DNA of 64,000 bases from positions 1-64,000 of the forward strand of contig NMRA01000200.1 in NCBI GenBank assembly GCA_002633005.1, written 5' to 3'. Source of the DNA: Phoronis australis (lineage: Eukaryota > Animalia > Phoronida). The position numbers and the translations under genes were made by a program. The notes beneath the pieces were generated by a model. It saw only the letters and a list, made by a program, of their open reading frames with translations. It had not been told where the DNA came from and ran no database searches. Positions 36,005 through 48,575 of the stretch are shown here, piece after piece. Every line of letters starts with the position of its first letter. The first letter of the stretch is position 1.

Positions 36005-39000
36005 TTACCGCTTTCTTTCTCGGATAGTGTGAATGAAATTCTATCAAATGTGCCAGGTCGACTTGATAGATGTTTCCCTGTGCACTTTCCATGTTTTTAA
36101 CATGAGTAGTTTTATGGTATAATCAAAAATGTTCAGCGTACAGTTTCTACTCCACACGGATGGAGTTTTACAGGATCGGGTAACAAGTTTTTTATCGTTA
36201 AAGCGTTCTTGCAATCTTTTGCTGGCGCTCATGCATAAACCAACTGTGTATCCGACATTACAGTAAACGCTCTCCCCTTGGTAAGAAAAATAATGACATC
36301 GTATTTGGCTAATATTTAACTATTTCTTCGGGAAAGAACGACAATAACAGAATTTTTCATGGAGAATTCAATTTCGGAAGCCAGTTTGATAGAAAAAAGA
36401 CCAGGTTTAGTCCACGATAGTTTATTTCGGCCATTGTTTTATTACCTTGGAGTCATCGCTAACGCCGTAATTGCGGCCCCGCTCCACACAAAAGGAGCAA
36501 AACCAAAGTTGCTTCTGCCCATGGGTTCTGTCTATCACCTTAAATACGAATGACAATTTCTTAAACACATTGTGATGGAAGGAAATAAAAGCACGTATTT
36601 ATTTGCTGGCAGGTTGACAGGCTTTGCCAAAGCAGCAGCAAAATACCGTCTTTGAGCACAGCGAGCCAATAGTGTAAAAACGTGTCGGTATAGTAACGTG
36701 TGCTATACAGCTTGAACGCTGAAAGAAAGTTCCAATGATGTCTAACCTGCTTGAAATAGCGGTGGTAACAACAAATGAAACCGTGACGTGTATACGTAAA
36801 AACGCGATGCCTAGATGGGGAAATAAAAAATATTTTGCACTCTGAAAGGACATAATCATTTTGCTCAAACCTGATCTAGGACGATAATTTAAATTCCTTC
36901 TCTCAAACTGCCCATGTGGTTCCAGTATCCGAAAATACTTACTACATAAAATCTTATTTTCGACACCCTTTCTTTATATTCTTTTCGCCTTTCTTGCCAA
37001 AAGCGATTTTTGAACAGTATTTGACCCTTCTCTCTGAGCGTATGATTACCGGTTGTCATCGGTTATTTCCGTACCCACATTTCCGGCTCATCAGTTCAGG
37101 AACTTGTCCTGAACTCCGCCATTTTTTCCTTGTAACTGAATGTGCTATCGCTTGCTCGAAAAGTCTTCATTATTTTGTTTTATTAGTAATATCTCGTGAT
37201 TCGTCTGCATATGTATTGTACTTATAGTTTGTAGTTAGTGGTCGTTGATTTTTTTTTTTGAATGTTACGCGTACTTAGTATGTTAAAATAGCATTGGTGT
37301 TTGGTTCCTTAAGTAGGCCGGTCGAACTTAGGAACCAATATGAGTCGAACAATTTTTTTCGGTTTTATTTATTTTTCTCGTTTTGAAAAAGCACTTTGCT
37401 ATCAGCGGAAAGGTAGTACATTCTACTCAGTAAAAATCGAAAAAGTATCAAAATCGGGGCAAGCAGTGTAAAGTTATTGCAAGTTTTGTGGCGAAATTTG
37501 GGTCACTGTTTGGATTACGTCGGCCATATTGGAGGACAGCGGGATAAGTTACGAGTTCAAAAATTTGTGTAAATTGTTTTCGCCAACAAATTACTGTGAA
37601 ATTTAGTTAGACATATCATTACTTACTATTCTGCACGATTTAACAGTGTTCACCAAGTTTCAGCCTCGCGGTTGTTACTCATTAAGTGATAAATGTGCTC
37701 ACAATTCCCGTTGGACTTCGTCTCATTTCTGGCGGCACCGACAACATGGCGACTTTTGCTGAACTGAAAGGCATGTTCAATCGGCTACTTTGTAATTTGT
37801 GAAGATTTAACGTTGATACATTTTGACAAACGTTGCTACAAAAAAGAAACTTTGTTCAATTTTCGTGTTTTTGTGCAAAAATATAAGATGTATTCGAATT
37901 ATTTTACTGTAAATTTCCCATTCAGGTGATCTTACACTAAGCTAAAAAAATAGTTGAAATAATTTTGAAATGGTTTTTTGTTTGACAGTCAACTGCTGTT
38001 CAGGACGTGATTCGGTGTCACAAAATGATTCATATTTTTCTAAATTTTAAGTCTCAATTGCTTTCAAGTCATGTTTTGTAACTTATTGCTTCTTAATTCA
38101 GGTTATCAAGTCAACAATATGAATAATCTTAATTTGAGAAATAAGCTATGTTGGATTGTGAAGCTTCAAGCCTCTAATTCTTGTTCCTTGCAACTTCATA
38201 TTTTTTAAATGATGCTTGTCAAATTCTGGTGTAAGGAAACACTATTCCGTCACCATGGTAATATTTACATGTATGTTCACTTTCATATCATGGAAACTGT
38301 TGCTGTTGAATAGTGTTTGTAATGCTAAATGTTTTAAAGTATTGTACATTTTAAGTTACGTATTATGTTAAAAGTTTGAATCATTTTGGGTTAATGAATA
38401 ATAATGATAACATTTTGTATTGGACTTCTCATACTTATGTGCTCTAACGAGCTCCCTTTTTGGAGAACTGGAAAAAGGTCTGCCTCAGTCAGAGAAGCCC
38501 GAATTCCGAAAAAAGTAGAAAATGAGACAAAATTCCATTAGAAGACAGGAAGTACCAAAATGTAGCGTCTGCAATTCATAGCTCTGAACATACCCACTGA
38601 ACCTGAAAAGATAGACATTCCCAAAAATTCCAGTCCCCCCCCCATTCTTTTAGGCTTGGTGCGCTCATACGAAGTCTGGGAAAATCTCTATTGAAAGTTA
38701 ATAACTTTGCACAGTTCGCCAGAAGTACCCAAGTTCTAAATAAACCTCGTTTGAGCGAGCGCTGTGGCCAGCGACCAGTTAGGCCTAAGGGTAGCCTTGG
38801 CGCAAAGCTGTATAGGCCTACTAACAAGCTGTATTTTGACGATAGTCTTCACTGGTAGCTGGCACTGGGGCTAACTAAGGTCTGCCGCGGCAGTGTGACA
38901 CAGGACTAACCAGCCCGTAATTTCATGCAAGTGTCTGAAACTACCCTTGAATATATGCAGCATTTATGATTTGACCATTTTACTTCGACAAGATAGCTTG

Positions 39001-39439
39001 CAACCGCATGCGTTTACCGTTCGCCAGTGTCTGTGGTCTCGATCGGCACCGGGTCCGGGCTGCGGTCGATTATTTTATCCCCGTTTGCAGGCTGGTAACA
39101 GGCACTCACACTGACGGCGTTTTCTCAGCCTGGGTTCCTGAATGAATTGTACTTCCGGGTTCGCGGCAAGTTCAAAATGGCGGTGGTTCTTGGGGTGCGA
39201 ATCGTGAGTGGCGCGTTCATTTAAACTTTTTTCGAGTACGGATCGTGTATTAGTTATGGGGTATGTACTTCTTGGATCCTTATAACATCCTCTACCCATG
39301 TAATAAGGGTTAACAACGCGTAAGAGAAGGACTTTAAAGGGACAATAGTCCAAAGAAGCTGACTGGACGTGAAGTCACGTGTCTCATGAGGAGCCACTTT
39401 TTGTGTTGCAGCTCGAGAGGAATCGCTAACCGGAAGAGG

Positions 39440-39945
39440 AAAGAAAAGGTAATGTACCCGTATATTAAAGGTCTTTCGGAATCTGCACAACGTGTGTTCA
39501 GACAATATGGCGTAGTTACTGCTATGAAGCCGTGTAAGACTATCAGGAATGTTTTACTTCATCCCAAAGACAGAATAAGTGAGGATAAAAAATGTCAGAG
39601 TGTTTATCGCGTTCCTTACCTCAACTGTGAGTCAGTATACATCGGGGAGACTGGGCGAGAGTTTTCAATCGGGCTTAACGAACACAGAGAGGAGGTGGAT
39701 GAGCTATCTCAGCGTAGAGTCACGCGTTCAGAGAGGAGGTGGTCTCAGAATACTATCAACAAATCTGCAGTGACGGACCACGCTATTGCTTTTAACCACG
39801 TAATTAACTGGAAAGACTGTAGAGTCGGAAAATAGCTTGAAATCCAGACGGATTAGAGAGTCTATTTGGGTGAAAAAAGTGGCTCAGTTATGAACAGTGA
39901 CGATGGGGGATATAAATTGTCTAAAATTTGGAATAGTGTCATCAC
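39440..39945 (+). mobile_element. Penelope-like element remnant: GIY-YIG endonuclease C-terminus
   Basis: PYIKGLSE..KPCKTIRNVLLHPKD..VYRVPYLNCESVYIGETGR..LNEH..SAVTDHA..NHVINW, then after a stop/frameshift RIRESIW..MNSDDGGYKLSKIW. Confidence 0.88.
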
Positions 39946-39960
39946 CTCGCCACCTATATA

Positions 39961-40005
39961 CTTCCGAAGATGCATGGCTGCTGTGAGTAGCCAAAACTGT
40001 CAAGG
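39961..40005 (+). ncRNA. Decayed minimal hammerhead ribozyme-like motif of the Penelope terminal repeat
   Basis: ccgaaga(tgcat)-ggctgct-gtg-agtagcc-aaaac-tgtc. The 7-bp stem II is intact, but the CUGANGA and GAAAC boxes are mutated. It lies directly after the PLE ORF end. Confidence 0.45.
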
Positions 40006-40687
40006 TAACAGCGTGTTTGCTAGGTTGTGTCAATAAGAATTAATCTATGTGTTCTCTACCAACCTTATGAAATTATTGAGTGACATTCTGTTGAATCACT
40101 GTGCTTTTCTAAGAATATTGGGGCCCATTCCACATAAAATCGTTGCGTGTTTTGTATGTTCGTTACGAGCTATTCTAATGACCCGGTGACCGCAGCCGAC
40201 TAATCATTAGTTGCCGAAAAATGTATGCCTCCAGAGTTCAACTTAACGCAATTGTTGAACTTACACGTCCCCAGTTCTTTGATAAGGAATGTTTTCAAAA
40301 AGTCAGAGACAATGTTGCGGTCTGAATTCAGTTCTTTGTGGCAAACTACAGATGACTATAGTTCTATTTACAAATAACACAGTGCTTGCCGATAGTTCAG
40401 AAATAATAAGTTTTTGAAGTTGGTTCACGTCTAAACAAGATTTTAAATCTCAGCCTCCTCGTTTCCAAAAAGTTGGCCTACTCGCGGCACCTACAGCTGT
40501 CAAGACGTTCCTCGCAATAACGTTAAAGCTGAACATAGGAGCTATCCCCTTTAAAATCCTTTTGGAACAGCACTCGCCGTCTTCTATGGAAAGCCCGATG
40601 ACAACATTGAACCATGAGATGATGAGGACCATGATGTATCAGGACTTTGCTAAACAATGCATTGTGTCCTCAATCAATAAATTTAAA

Positions 40688-40703
40688 AATAAAAATAATA
40701 ATA

Positions 40704-40746
<43 letters not shown>

Positions 40747-40850
40747 GATAACGAAAACGAAGCAATAACGAGTAATACTAGTGATAGTAGTAATAGCATT
40801 AATGGCAGTAACAGTAGTGATGGTAATGTAATAATAATAAAAATGATAAT
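40688..40850. repeat. (AAT)n microsatellite with degenerate flanks
   Basis: Direct observation. Confidence 0.95.
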
Positions 40851-41424
40851 AGGTAGCCAAATTCATGTCGTGTCAGCCCGTCTCATTCCTATAGAAGATG
40901 TATACGAAAAGTGCAGCCCAAAAGGGTGTTTTTTTCACATAAAAAAATACTCTCTCATTGTGAAACTGTTCTGCGTAAAACGACAGAACAATCTAAAGTT
41001 ATTGGGAATGTTTTTACAAGTAGAAGCTTTTCGCAGTTGATTAGTAGTGAAGTGACCCAAAGGAAGTTACCGTCGTCCGAGAGTATAGAACAGCAATCAT
41101 GGACAGCGAATAGTGTGCGAGAGTAAATATTATGCTTTCTAACTCTTCATGGGCTCAATTGCAATTACTGTACATTAAAATTTTCCCAATCAACATTCTT
41201 TAAAATGATTGGTCCGTCTGGGAGCAAAGAAGTATGTCCCGCGAGACGCGAAAGTGATGCGGAGATAATAGCGTCCTCGAAAGAAAAAAATGTTTTGAGA
41301 GGCAGCTCGAACCGCTGCAGACAGCATGACTAAGTGCTTTGTCCTCACGTCATGTCAAATGTTGGTGACGATAAAACAGCTAAATATTAACGTTCCGTTA
41401 ACGATTGTATCCGATCGTGATCAA

Positions 41425-41633
41425 AGACAATAGGCTTCTAGGACCTTCCGATCTACATGTTGTGTGCAAATTTCGTGAAAATCGGACCTAAATTGCGACC
41501 TGTAGAGTGCGAACAAACAAAAAAAAAACTTGCTGTCAGACCAACATACTTGACGGAATTCGAAGAATTCCGCCAAGTAAAAAAACTTAGTGGAAGAGCA
41601 ACATACTTGGCGAAATTTATTTCGCCAAGTAAC
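41425..41633 (-). mobile_element. Fragment of a second HINE-like family with duplicated terminal hairpin
   Basis: gcaaatttcgtgaaaatcgg core, then two hairpins: tacttgacggaattc-gaa-gaattccgccaagta (41547-41579) and tacttggcgaaat-tt-atttcgccaagta (41604-41631). Each is preceded by caaca. Confidence 0.5.
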
Positions 41634-42072
41634 TATGATAGCTCTAAACGTACTAAACCGAAGACAAAACTGAAATTTGAATTCCCAGACACGCACCAGC
41701 AACAAATGTGTACCGTTACCATAACAGCGGTCAGCATTGCAATTTCTTGACTTGATTTATTGACCACTGATTTAAAGCTTGACATTTGGGGTGTGACATT
41801 GGATCAACCTGTGGTTACACAATAGAACGATGTTTTGTGCAAGGGACGTGTCGTTCGGATGAATAAGTTTTCACCTGACAGTTCAATACGAAATGGTGCC
41901 TTTTCCGATCAGTTCCCTACCAAATAGTTTACTGTACATTAGAGTCTCTACAAAAAGGTCCATTTTTGCAACAACAGTGCAGTACACGTGGGCGTTATAT
42001 TTTATTTTGTTGAAGTACATACAATTTGTGTTTGCTGTGTCTACAGGATATCTGGTTCAATTTATTGTGTAT

Positions 42073-42175
42073 TTATTTATTACAAGTATTACTTATTTAT
42101 TGCAAGTATTACTTATTTATTACAAGTATTACTTATTTATTACAAGTATTACTTATTTATTACAAGTATTACTTA
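42073..42175. repeat. 20-bp minisatellite (ttatttattacaagtattac) x~5
   Basis: Direct observation. Confidence 0.95.
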
Positions 42176-42229
42176 TAGTTAGCATTGTTCTTATAGCATT
42201 ATTTCATCTTTTATGCATTCACGACTTGG

Positions 42230-42288
42230 TCCCGTAAGGTGTGAAGCGTTCGCTGTGTTCCCGTAAGGTGTGAAGCGTTCGCTGTGTT
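42230..42288. repeat. 29-bp tandem duplication
   Basis: cccgtaaggtgtgaagcgttcgctgtgtt x2. Confidence 0.9.
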
Positions 42289-43309
42289 TACGTTAGACAT
42301 GGGAAATTGCCCTGGTGCTGCATACCTTAGGAAACAATATATCACGTAAATGCTGTGCTGTTATCAATGCCTCTTAAGTATCATTTAGAATTGTCATCGT
42401 CAGTTTTTTGTTCTTAAATATTGCATTTTATTTTGTTGTTGAACGTACACAAATGTGAATGATAACACCATAAAGTACACACGTAATGTGTCTTCATTAC
42501 CGTAATTCAAATACACATGTACAGATATATTCATGAATGTACGTTTTACGAGTGTAGCCGTAGTGAACGAAGTCCTCAATCATATTACCTTGGTACTTCT
42601 CCCATAACAGTAGAGCGTAGAGTGGATTGCTGTGCGAACAGATTGTGGCAAAGGGATGTTGCAGTTGCTTTGTCATCTGGAATACAGCAGCTTCTGTGAG
42701 ATTCATGTCTCATATGCACACTGTATCGTCTCCCAGGTGATGCAGTCGAATACATTCCTCTTTAAATGCACCGAGTACCTGACCCTGTACTGTACGCAGA
42801 TCTTCAGATGAAGTTCGACCGGGTACATGGAGGAATAGTGCTCGCAGGCAGAAAGGTTCAATATCATTCTAACTGGCAGAGTAAATATTACGAAGATGAA
42901 GTTTTGAGAATTTTAATCAATTATTTACAAAAAGGTATTTCCAATTTAGAGTTGCTTTTCATAGTAACCGATACCTGTAAAAAAGAAAAGAAAAACAAAA
43001 GTAAAATGAAGTACAATTGGTAGGTATTTTGTCATATCAGTGATCTACACAACCAGTTTTAGTCTGTCAACAGGTTTGCCAATGGTCCCATCACGTTTGA
43101 GTAACCTCAAACATACAAAATTTGCGTTCGTCCATAACAAAAATGACTGCAGGTCGAGTGCAGTTAGATCTTTACGACAGGTAGGTTTGGATTTTCAATT
43201 GTGGAGAACACTCACTATGTAGCATGTCACACATAACATGAAAGTGAAACATAAATGCGATCATAGACATAAACAACTTCCAGCCATTAAAAGAAAGTGC
43301 TTAGAGAAT

Positions 43310-43680
43310 TGGGAAGAAAATTTAAAAAGGGCGGAAAATCTTCAAAAAGGTGGGAAAATCTTTAAAAAGGCGGGGAGGCTGGAAAATTTAATAAAAAGGT
43401 GAGAAAATCCTGAAAAAGAGTGGGGAAAATTCATTATTTTCAGGCGGGAAAATCATCAAAAAGGGGGAGGGGATTTTTTGAAGAGGGCGGGAACACTTGA
43501 AAAGGGCGGGAAAAATCTTTTAAAAGTGGGGAAATTTAAAAAAGGCGAAAAATCTAATAAAAGGGCGGGAAACTTAAAAAGGACGGGAAAGATCTGGAGA
43601 AGGGGTGGGAAAGATCTTTGAAAAAGGGCGGGAAAATCTCATAAAATGACAGTAATAATTAAAAAAGGGCGGGATTTTTT
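43310..43680. repeat. Purine-rich degenerate ~19-21 bp tandem array (aaaagggcgggaaaatc)
   Basis: Repeated aaaagg(g)(c/t)gg(g)aaaa units abutting the HINE-like copy. Confidence 0.75.
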
Positions 43681-44440
43681 TAAAATGCCACCAGATGGTG
43701 CTGAATACCTCATATCCGTCCGAAAATGGAAAGGTGTCATCGTCTCTTTAAAATATCATGATTCCATCCAGGAACTCGGAAGAAACATAGGCAAACGTAA
43801 AAAAGTAAAACTGCCACTAAAGCGCGCACCTGTTGCCTGATTGGTCTGAAACTCGTCGTCATCCGTCATTATCTCCATTGGAACATGCCTGTCAAACTTC
43901 ACAAAGATCCTCCAAAGATTGAAGGAGATACAGCGGTGGACGTAAAAATGCCACTAGGGGGTCGCCATAGTAGTCAAGCCCGTCCGAAAATTAGCGTCAG
44001 CCGCGGACTTCTCATCAGGAACACATATGCCAATTTTCATTATCTTCCTTTGAGCGGCTTAGCGGAAAAGAGGGCAGGCGTCAAAAACGTACTCAAAAAT
44101 TGTTTAAATTGCCACCAGGTGGCGTAGAATACGTCATATTAGTCCGAAACCGTAAGGTGTCATCGTCTCTTTGCTAAATTTCATGAAAATCCATCAAGAA
44201 ACTCCAAATATACAACAGATGCAATCGAAAAAACTAAAATTGCCACTAGGAGGCACAGTGGTAGTCGAATCAGGCCTAAGAGTCATCATCGTCTGTTGTC
44301 AGCTTCATTGGAACACATCTGCCAAGTCTCATTACGATCCTTCAAGGGGTTTAGAAGATACAGCATCGGACACCGGACGCCCAGACAGAGATGACGGCGA
44401 TGTGCACTCACATAATTTATGAATATGTTGGGCACATAAG
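43681..44440 (-). mobile_element. HINE-like element copy 2, same family as 266-1477
   Basis: The terminus ggacgcccagacagagatgacggc..tgcactcacat..atatgttgggcacataa is the reverse complement of 266-345. It has five motif-bearing subunits. Confidence 0.75.
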
Positions 44441-45757
44441 GATGGTATGCGCCGGTCTGACCCTTTAAGAAAGTGGATATCTTAACTTTCTAGCGTGAGG
44501 CGCACACATGGAGGGGGGCACTCGATTATTTTTGACGTGGGTACAGCTGGATAATTATGATTCCTTCCCGTTTATGGAGTGGACTCTAAAAAAGAGAACT
44601 AATTTGTAGAAAGCTCTCGTGAAGTCAGAAAAAGCCACCCTTCTGAGAGGCCCGTCCCGTTTGCCTCTTTTACAGAACCCTGTTGTACGGAGGAATACGG
44701 CTTTCGACACTCGGTTGATCAATTAGTCAATTAGACACCAATAGGCCAAAACTGGATTTGGTATCCTTTGAAAGGAGGTTTTTAGTACGTGCGTCAATCG
44801 TTCAAATCGTTTTAGGCCTACATTACCAAATTGATTTATTTCCGGAAAATGTCCCAAGGCGTCGTATGTAATGGCCAGTTGTCTGTTTCCCAGTGCTACA
44901 AGCCACTTCTTCCCGACAGTGGTGACCTGTAAGAAAATGAAACGCAATGACATGCAATTGCACTTATACCCGGTCCACTGGCTAAAACACCGCGAGAAGG
45001 AAAAACGCTAGAAATGTAAACGATCGCATGGTCACTTTTGCTGGCGCTTTGCGGTGGTTTAAGTTACCGCAAAACATGGAACTCTAGCCCCGGAACGCCA
45101 ACTCCCGTACGTGACCAATGTATTCTATTACCAGAGCTTGCAACCTCGAGACTAGCCGCGAGAGTTTGCACTGTAAATTTTCGTTTGTCTGCTCGACTGA
45201 GTTTTAATCGAGTGTTATAGATAAACAAAGCAAGCCTAATTTCCTTACTTCATTTTCATTTTGTCATTTTTGTTCATCAAGCGACACTCTTGAGGAACAG
45301 TTCTAGATAAGCAGCGATTTCCTGGCAAAATTAGTCAACAAACCCAACAATTACATTTTAAGCATCGACTTTTGGTCCCGACTTGATGCCGGGAATAGAC
45401 TCTTTTGAGTTCCGTTCTGAGAAGTACTTTCGACAACATATTTGTTCTGAAGTTGTAAATTAAAAGTTTAGGTCATAAGAACATTTGCGTTTACGTAACA
45501 TTCGAAAAATACTTGCATTTGCTTAGCTAAGTGTGCGTGTGTGTTGCGCAATTACATCGCCTGTGTATGCATCAATTTACAACTGCTTTCAACTGTTTAA
45601 TGTATAATAATTCATTTGTGCAACGAATACTGAACCTGTTGCCAAGATTTTGTTGGTTCGATTTCTCAGCAATGAATATTATCTATATTTACTTATACTC
45701 GTGAAATAAATTTTAAAAATGAAAAGTTACCTTGTAAAAGAATCCAGTCCAATCCTT

Positions 45758-45927
45758 TGTGTTGCTGACACCGTAAACTGTGTTGCTGACACCGTAAACT
45801 GTGTTGCTGACACCGTAAACTGTGTTGCTGACACCGTAAACTGTGTTGCTGACACCGTAAACTGTGTTGCTGACACCGTAAACTGTGTTGCTGACACCGT
45901 AAACTGTGTTGCTGACACCTTAAACTG
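45758..45927. repeat. 21-bp perfect minisatellite (tgtgttgctgacaccgtaaac) x~8
   Basis: Head-to-tail identical units with no spacers. Confidence 0.97.
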
Positions 45928-46029
45928 TTTGGCGGATTGTTCCATGATTTTTTTCTCGCCATCGCGCCACACCATCAAAATGTCCCGTCTTCTGACCCCC
46001 GACTAAATTGGCATACCGTCATACACTAT

Positions 46030-46200
46030 TTCCCTCACGACACAGATAGCCGTATTTTCTCATTCGACTAAAGAGAAAAAAACGGGAGTTTTATGGTTTT
46101 ACAATTTCTCATTCGACTTAAACAACACAAAATAACAAAAAACACCGTCGGGCGTTTTTGGGTGTTACGTCTTCCGTTCGACAAACGACGCTGTTGGGAT
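46030..46200 (+). repeat. Dispersed repeat with a second copy at ~57800-57950
   Basis: atagccgtattttctcattcgactaaa..cgtcgggcgtttttgggtgttacgtcttccgttcgac..acgctgttggga versus atagccctaaattctcgttccactaaa..cgtcgagcgcttctggatgttgcgtttcccgttcga..acgctgtcggga. Confidence 0.6.
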
Positions 46201-47511
46201 TGATATTTTTTACTTGATGCCCTAGCCATCCCAGGCGTGTGAAAATGGTCCGTTTTAGTACATACATGTATTGAAGTGCCAAAATGTATATCTAGCACAT
46301 TGTTAGCCTTGATACAAAACTGTATACTAAATATACAGCTTTGCACCGATGTGGGTAAAAAAGTGGTAAGATAATATCTGACACAAAATTAGCGTCATTA
46401 AAACTACAGTCTTCCTTGAGTAAACTAAATTATTTAGCGGTGTTGGGAAACATGGCGTTCTACAATTATTCTGCTGCAAAAGTTGTGGAGCGATCTTTAG
46501 CGACGGCTTTCGACGCCATGAAATATTGCGTCACCTATTGGCCAGTTTCTTTTTTCGCCGATTCTTCAATCAACTGTTGTTCTTTCACGAGGTAGCGTAC
46601 ACGTCACAACAAAGTATCGGAATTGGTTTCTCTTCATTATAAGTTTTTAGAATTTTGATACCGAAAAACCGAATTTCCGAAAAAATTTTGCCGCTGCCAA
46701 GCTATCATCATCTCCCGAGAGATGTCGCAAAAATTTAGGCGCGTGTGCGTGATACGAGCGTACTGTTTACAAAACGACGACATACTTTTCATTGTTAAGC
46801 CGGAGAGTTAGGCAAGAAAATGACGTTTATTGTATTGTTTTTCACCTAAACAGCTGTAGCGGGCAAAGTGAGTGTCGCTTGATTCCCAGATTTCGCATGC
46901 ACTCCGTCCGGTCTTTAGCTTTACATGTTGATACAATTAAGTTTCACGGTGAGGTGACGAGCAGAACTACCCTGGCCGTGTGCAATTTCGGTGTCTACGG
47001 AAGAAATACACACAGTGGTACCTAGCTTATTTTGACGACAGTCTTCATACAGCTAGCTGGCTGGCTAGCACGTTGTCTGAATGTGTTTGTATTTTATTTT
47101 TCAAGTTACCATTCATTTCAATATTTTGGCCAAGTTCCACTCTCTTGCGCTTAGCAGTGAGTGCAGATGATATATGACATTGCAAAAACATATGTCCAAA
47201 AACGGTTTCGGGGTAATGTATTAGACTTTCCAAATGTTGTTGGTAAATCACTCGTTCTTATTCAAGACATTTGAATAACAAACCCTTTGCACCAGAAAAC
47301 AATATCAACTGGGTATTAGTTGGATGGCTGGTGGTCTCGTGGACTACTTAAATCAAATGACGTCTTGCTATAATAATTAGCGTAAAATTATGAGCGAAAA
47401 TTCCAGCATTACGAGCGTACAAACTGCTTCAGAGCTCACGTGGCCTACAAATCAATTTCTCGTAAAACACGACCGAAATCTCGACATTTTACCCTGACCG
47501 GCCCACGAAAG

Positions 47512-47845
47512 ATTTTTGCTAACAGCGACTGGGGTGGTGACAAAACAAACTAACTGCTGACGAAAGTTACCCCTTCGCGGACAGTTCGTCTCCTTGTCTA
47601 AAACGCGTTTTTGCCACTGAAGCTGCTAGCGTTTTCGCCACTCATTTGAACACGCAATAAGTTGTAATGAATGTTTTACAATCAAATTATTGAATTTGTT
47701 GTAATCAAGAGTTTTTGTGAATGAACTTATAGGTTCACATGAGTGGCGAAAACACGCTGGCGAAAACGAGGTGTCCGCGAAGGGTTAATTTTCGCTAGCA
47801 GTTAGTTCGTTTCATTATCACCCGAGTCGCTTTTAAGCGAAATTT
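47512..47845. mobile_element. Degenerate fold-back MITE
   Basis: gcgactggggtggtgac..aactaactgct..acccttcgcggaca..gttttcgccactcat versus atgagtggcgaaaac..tgtccgcgaaggg..agcagttagtt..atcacccgagtcgc. A partial copy lies at ~54388-54478. Confidence 0.65.
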
Positions 47846-48320
47846 GACGTCAAAACACGTTCACTCTGAATCATAAATTGGTTGATGTGACGATAGGACA
47901 AAGCCTTTTGATCGCTGCTCATGTGTGTTCTTTGAAGTAAGCGGTCTGGCTACAAAAGTGCTAGCGAAAACCAGGTAACTCAAACCTCCAGCAAAGAACT
48001 TGTAAAAGTTACTCTTGCGACCACTCACATTAATGGTGTTTGCCACTAGCTAGAATGCTGTCGTTTAAAGTCAGCATGTGAACCGGGTATTATACACATT
48101 CCTTGGATTGTGCACGTCTGGAACATTAGTGCAGAAACACTTTTTGTGAACCACAATTCAGGAAACTAAGACGTGACAACATAGTCATCCACATAAAATT
48201 GTGTGGCTATTTTCCAATTTGCAAATATAAAAATAGCTAATACTAATTGCAAAATAAACATTTACCACTGCCTTTTTTCTTTATCTCTGAGAAAGGTAGC
48301 TTTGTTCATGTATCGGGCCT

Positions 48321-48321
<1 letters not shown>

Positions 48322-48354
<33 letters not shown>

Positions 48355-48575
48355 TATATGCATGTATGCATGTATGTATGTATGTATGTATGTATGTATG
48401 TATGCATGTATGTATGTATGTATATATGTATGTATGTATGTATGTATATATGCATGTATGTATGTATGTATGTATGTATGTATGTATGGATGTATGTATG
48501 GATGTATGTATATATGCATGTATGTATGTATGTATGTATGGATGTATGTATGTATGTATGTATGCCTGCATATAT
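48322..48575. repeat. (TATG)n microsatellite
   Basis: Direct observation. It explains the MYVC/HTYI pseudo-ORFs. Confidence 0.98.

Noticed and set aside
40562-40866. Poly-Ile/Asn ORFs
   Set aside because: Translations of the (AAT)n microsatellite.
41893-42237. 114-aa membrane-like ORF
   Set aside because: Its hydrophobicity comes from the 20-bp AT-rich minisatellite.
42500-42990. Minus-strand exon candidate after a strong pyrimidine tract at ~42977
   Set aside because: The frame I read closes soon after the acceptor and no peptide is recognisable. It could be non-coding but is unsupported.
45758-45927. CRISPR-like array
   Set aside because: The units are head-to-tail with no unique spacers, there are no cas genes, and the context is eukaryotic.
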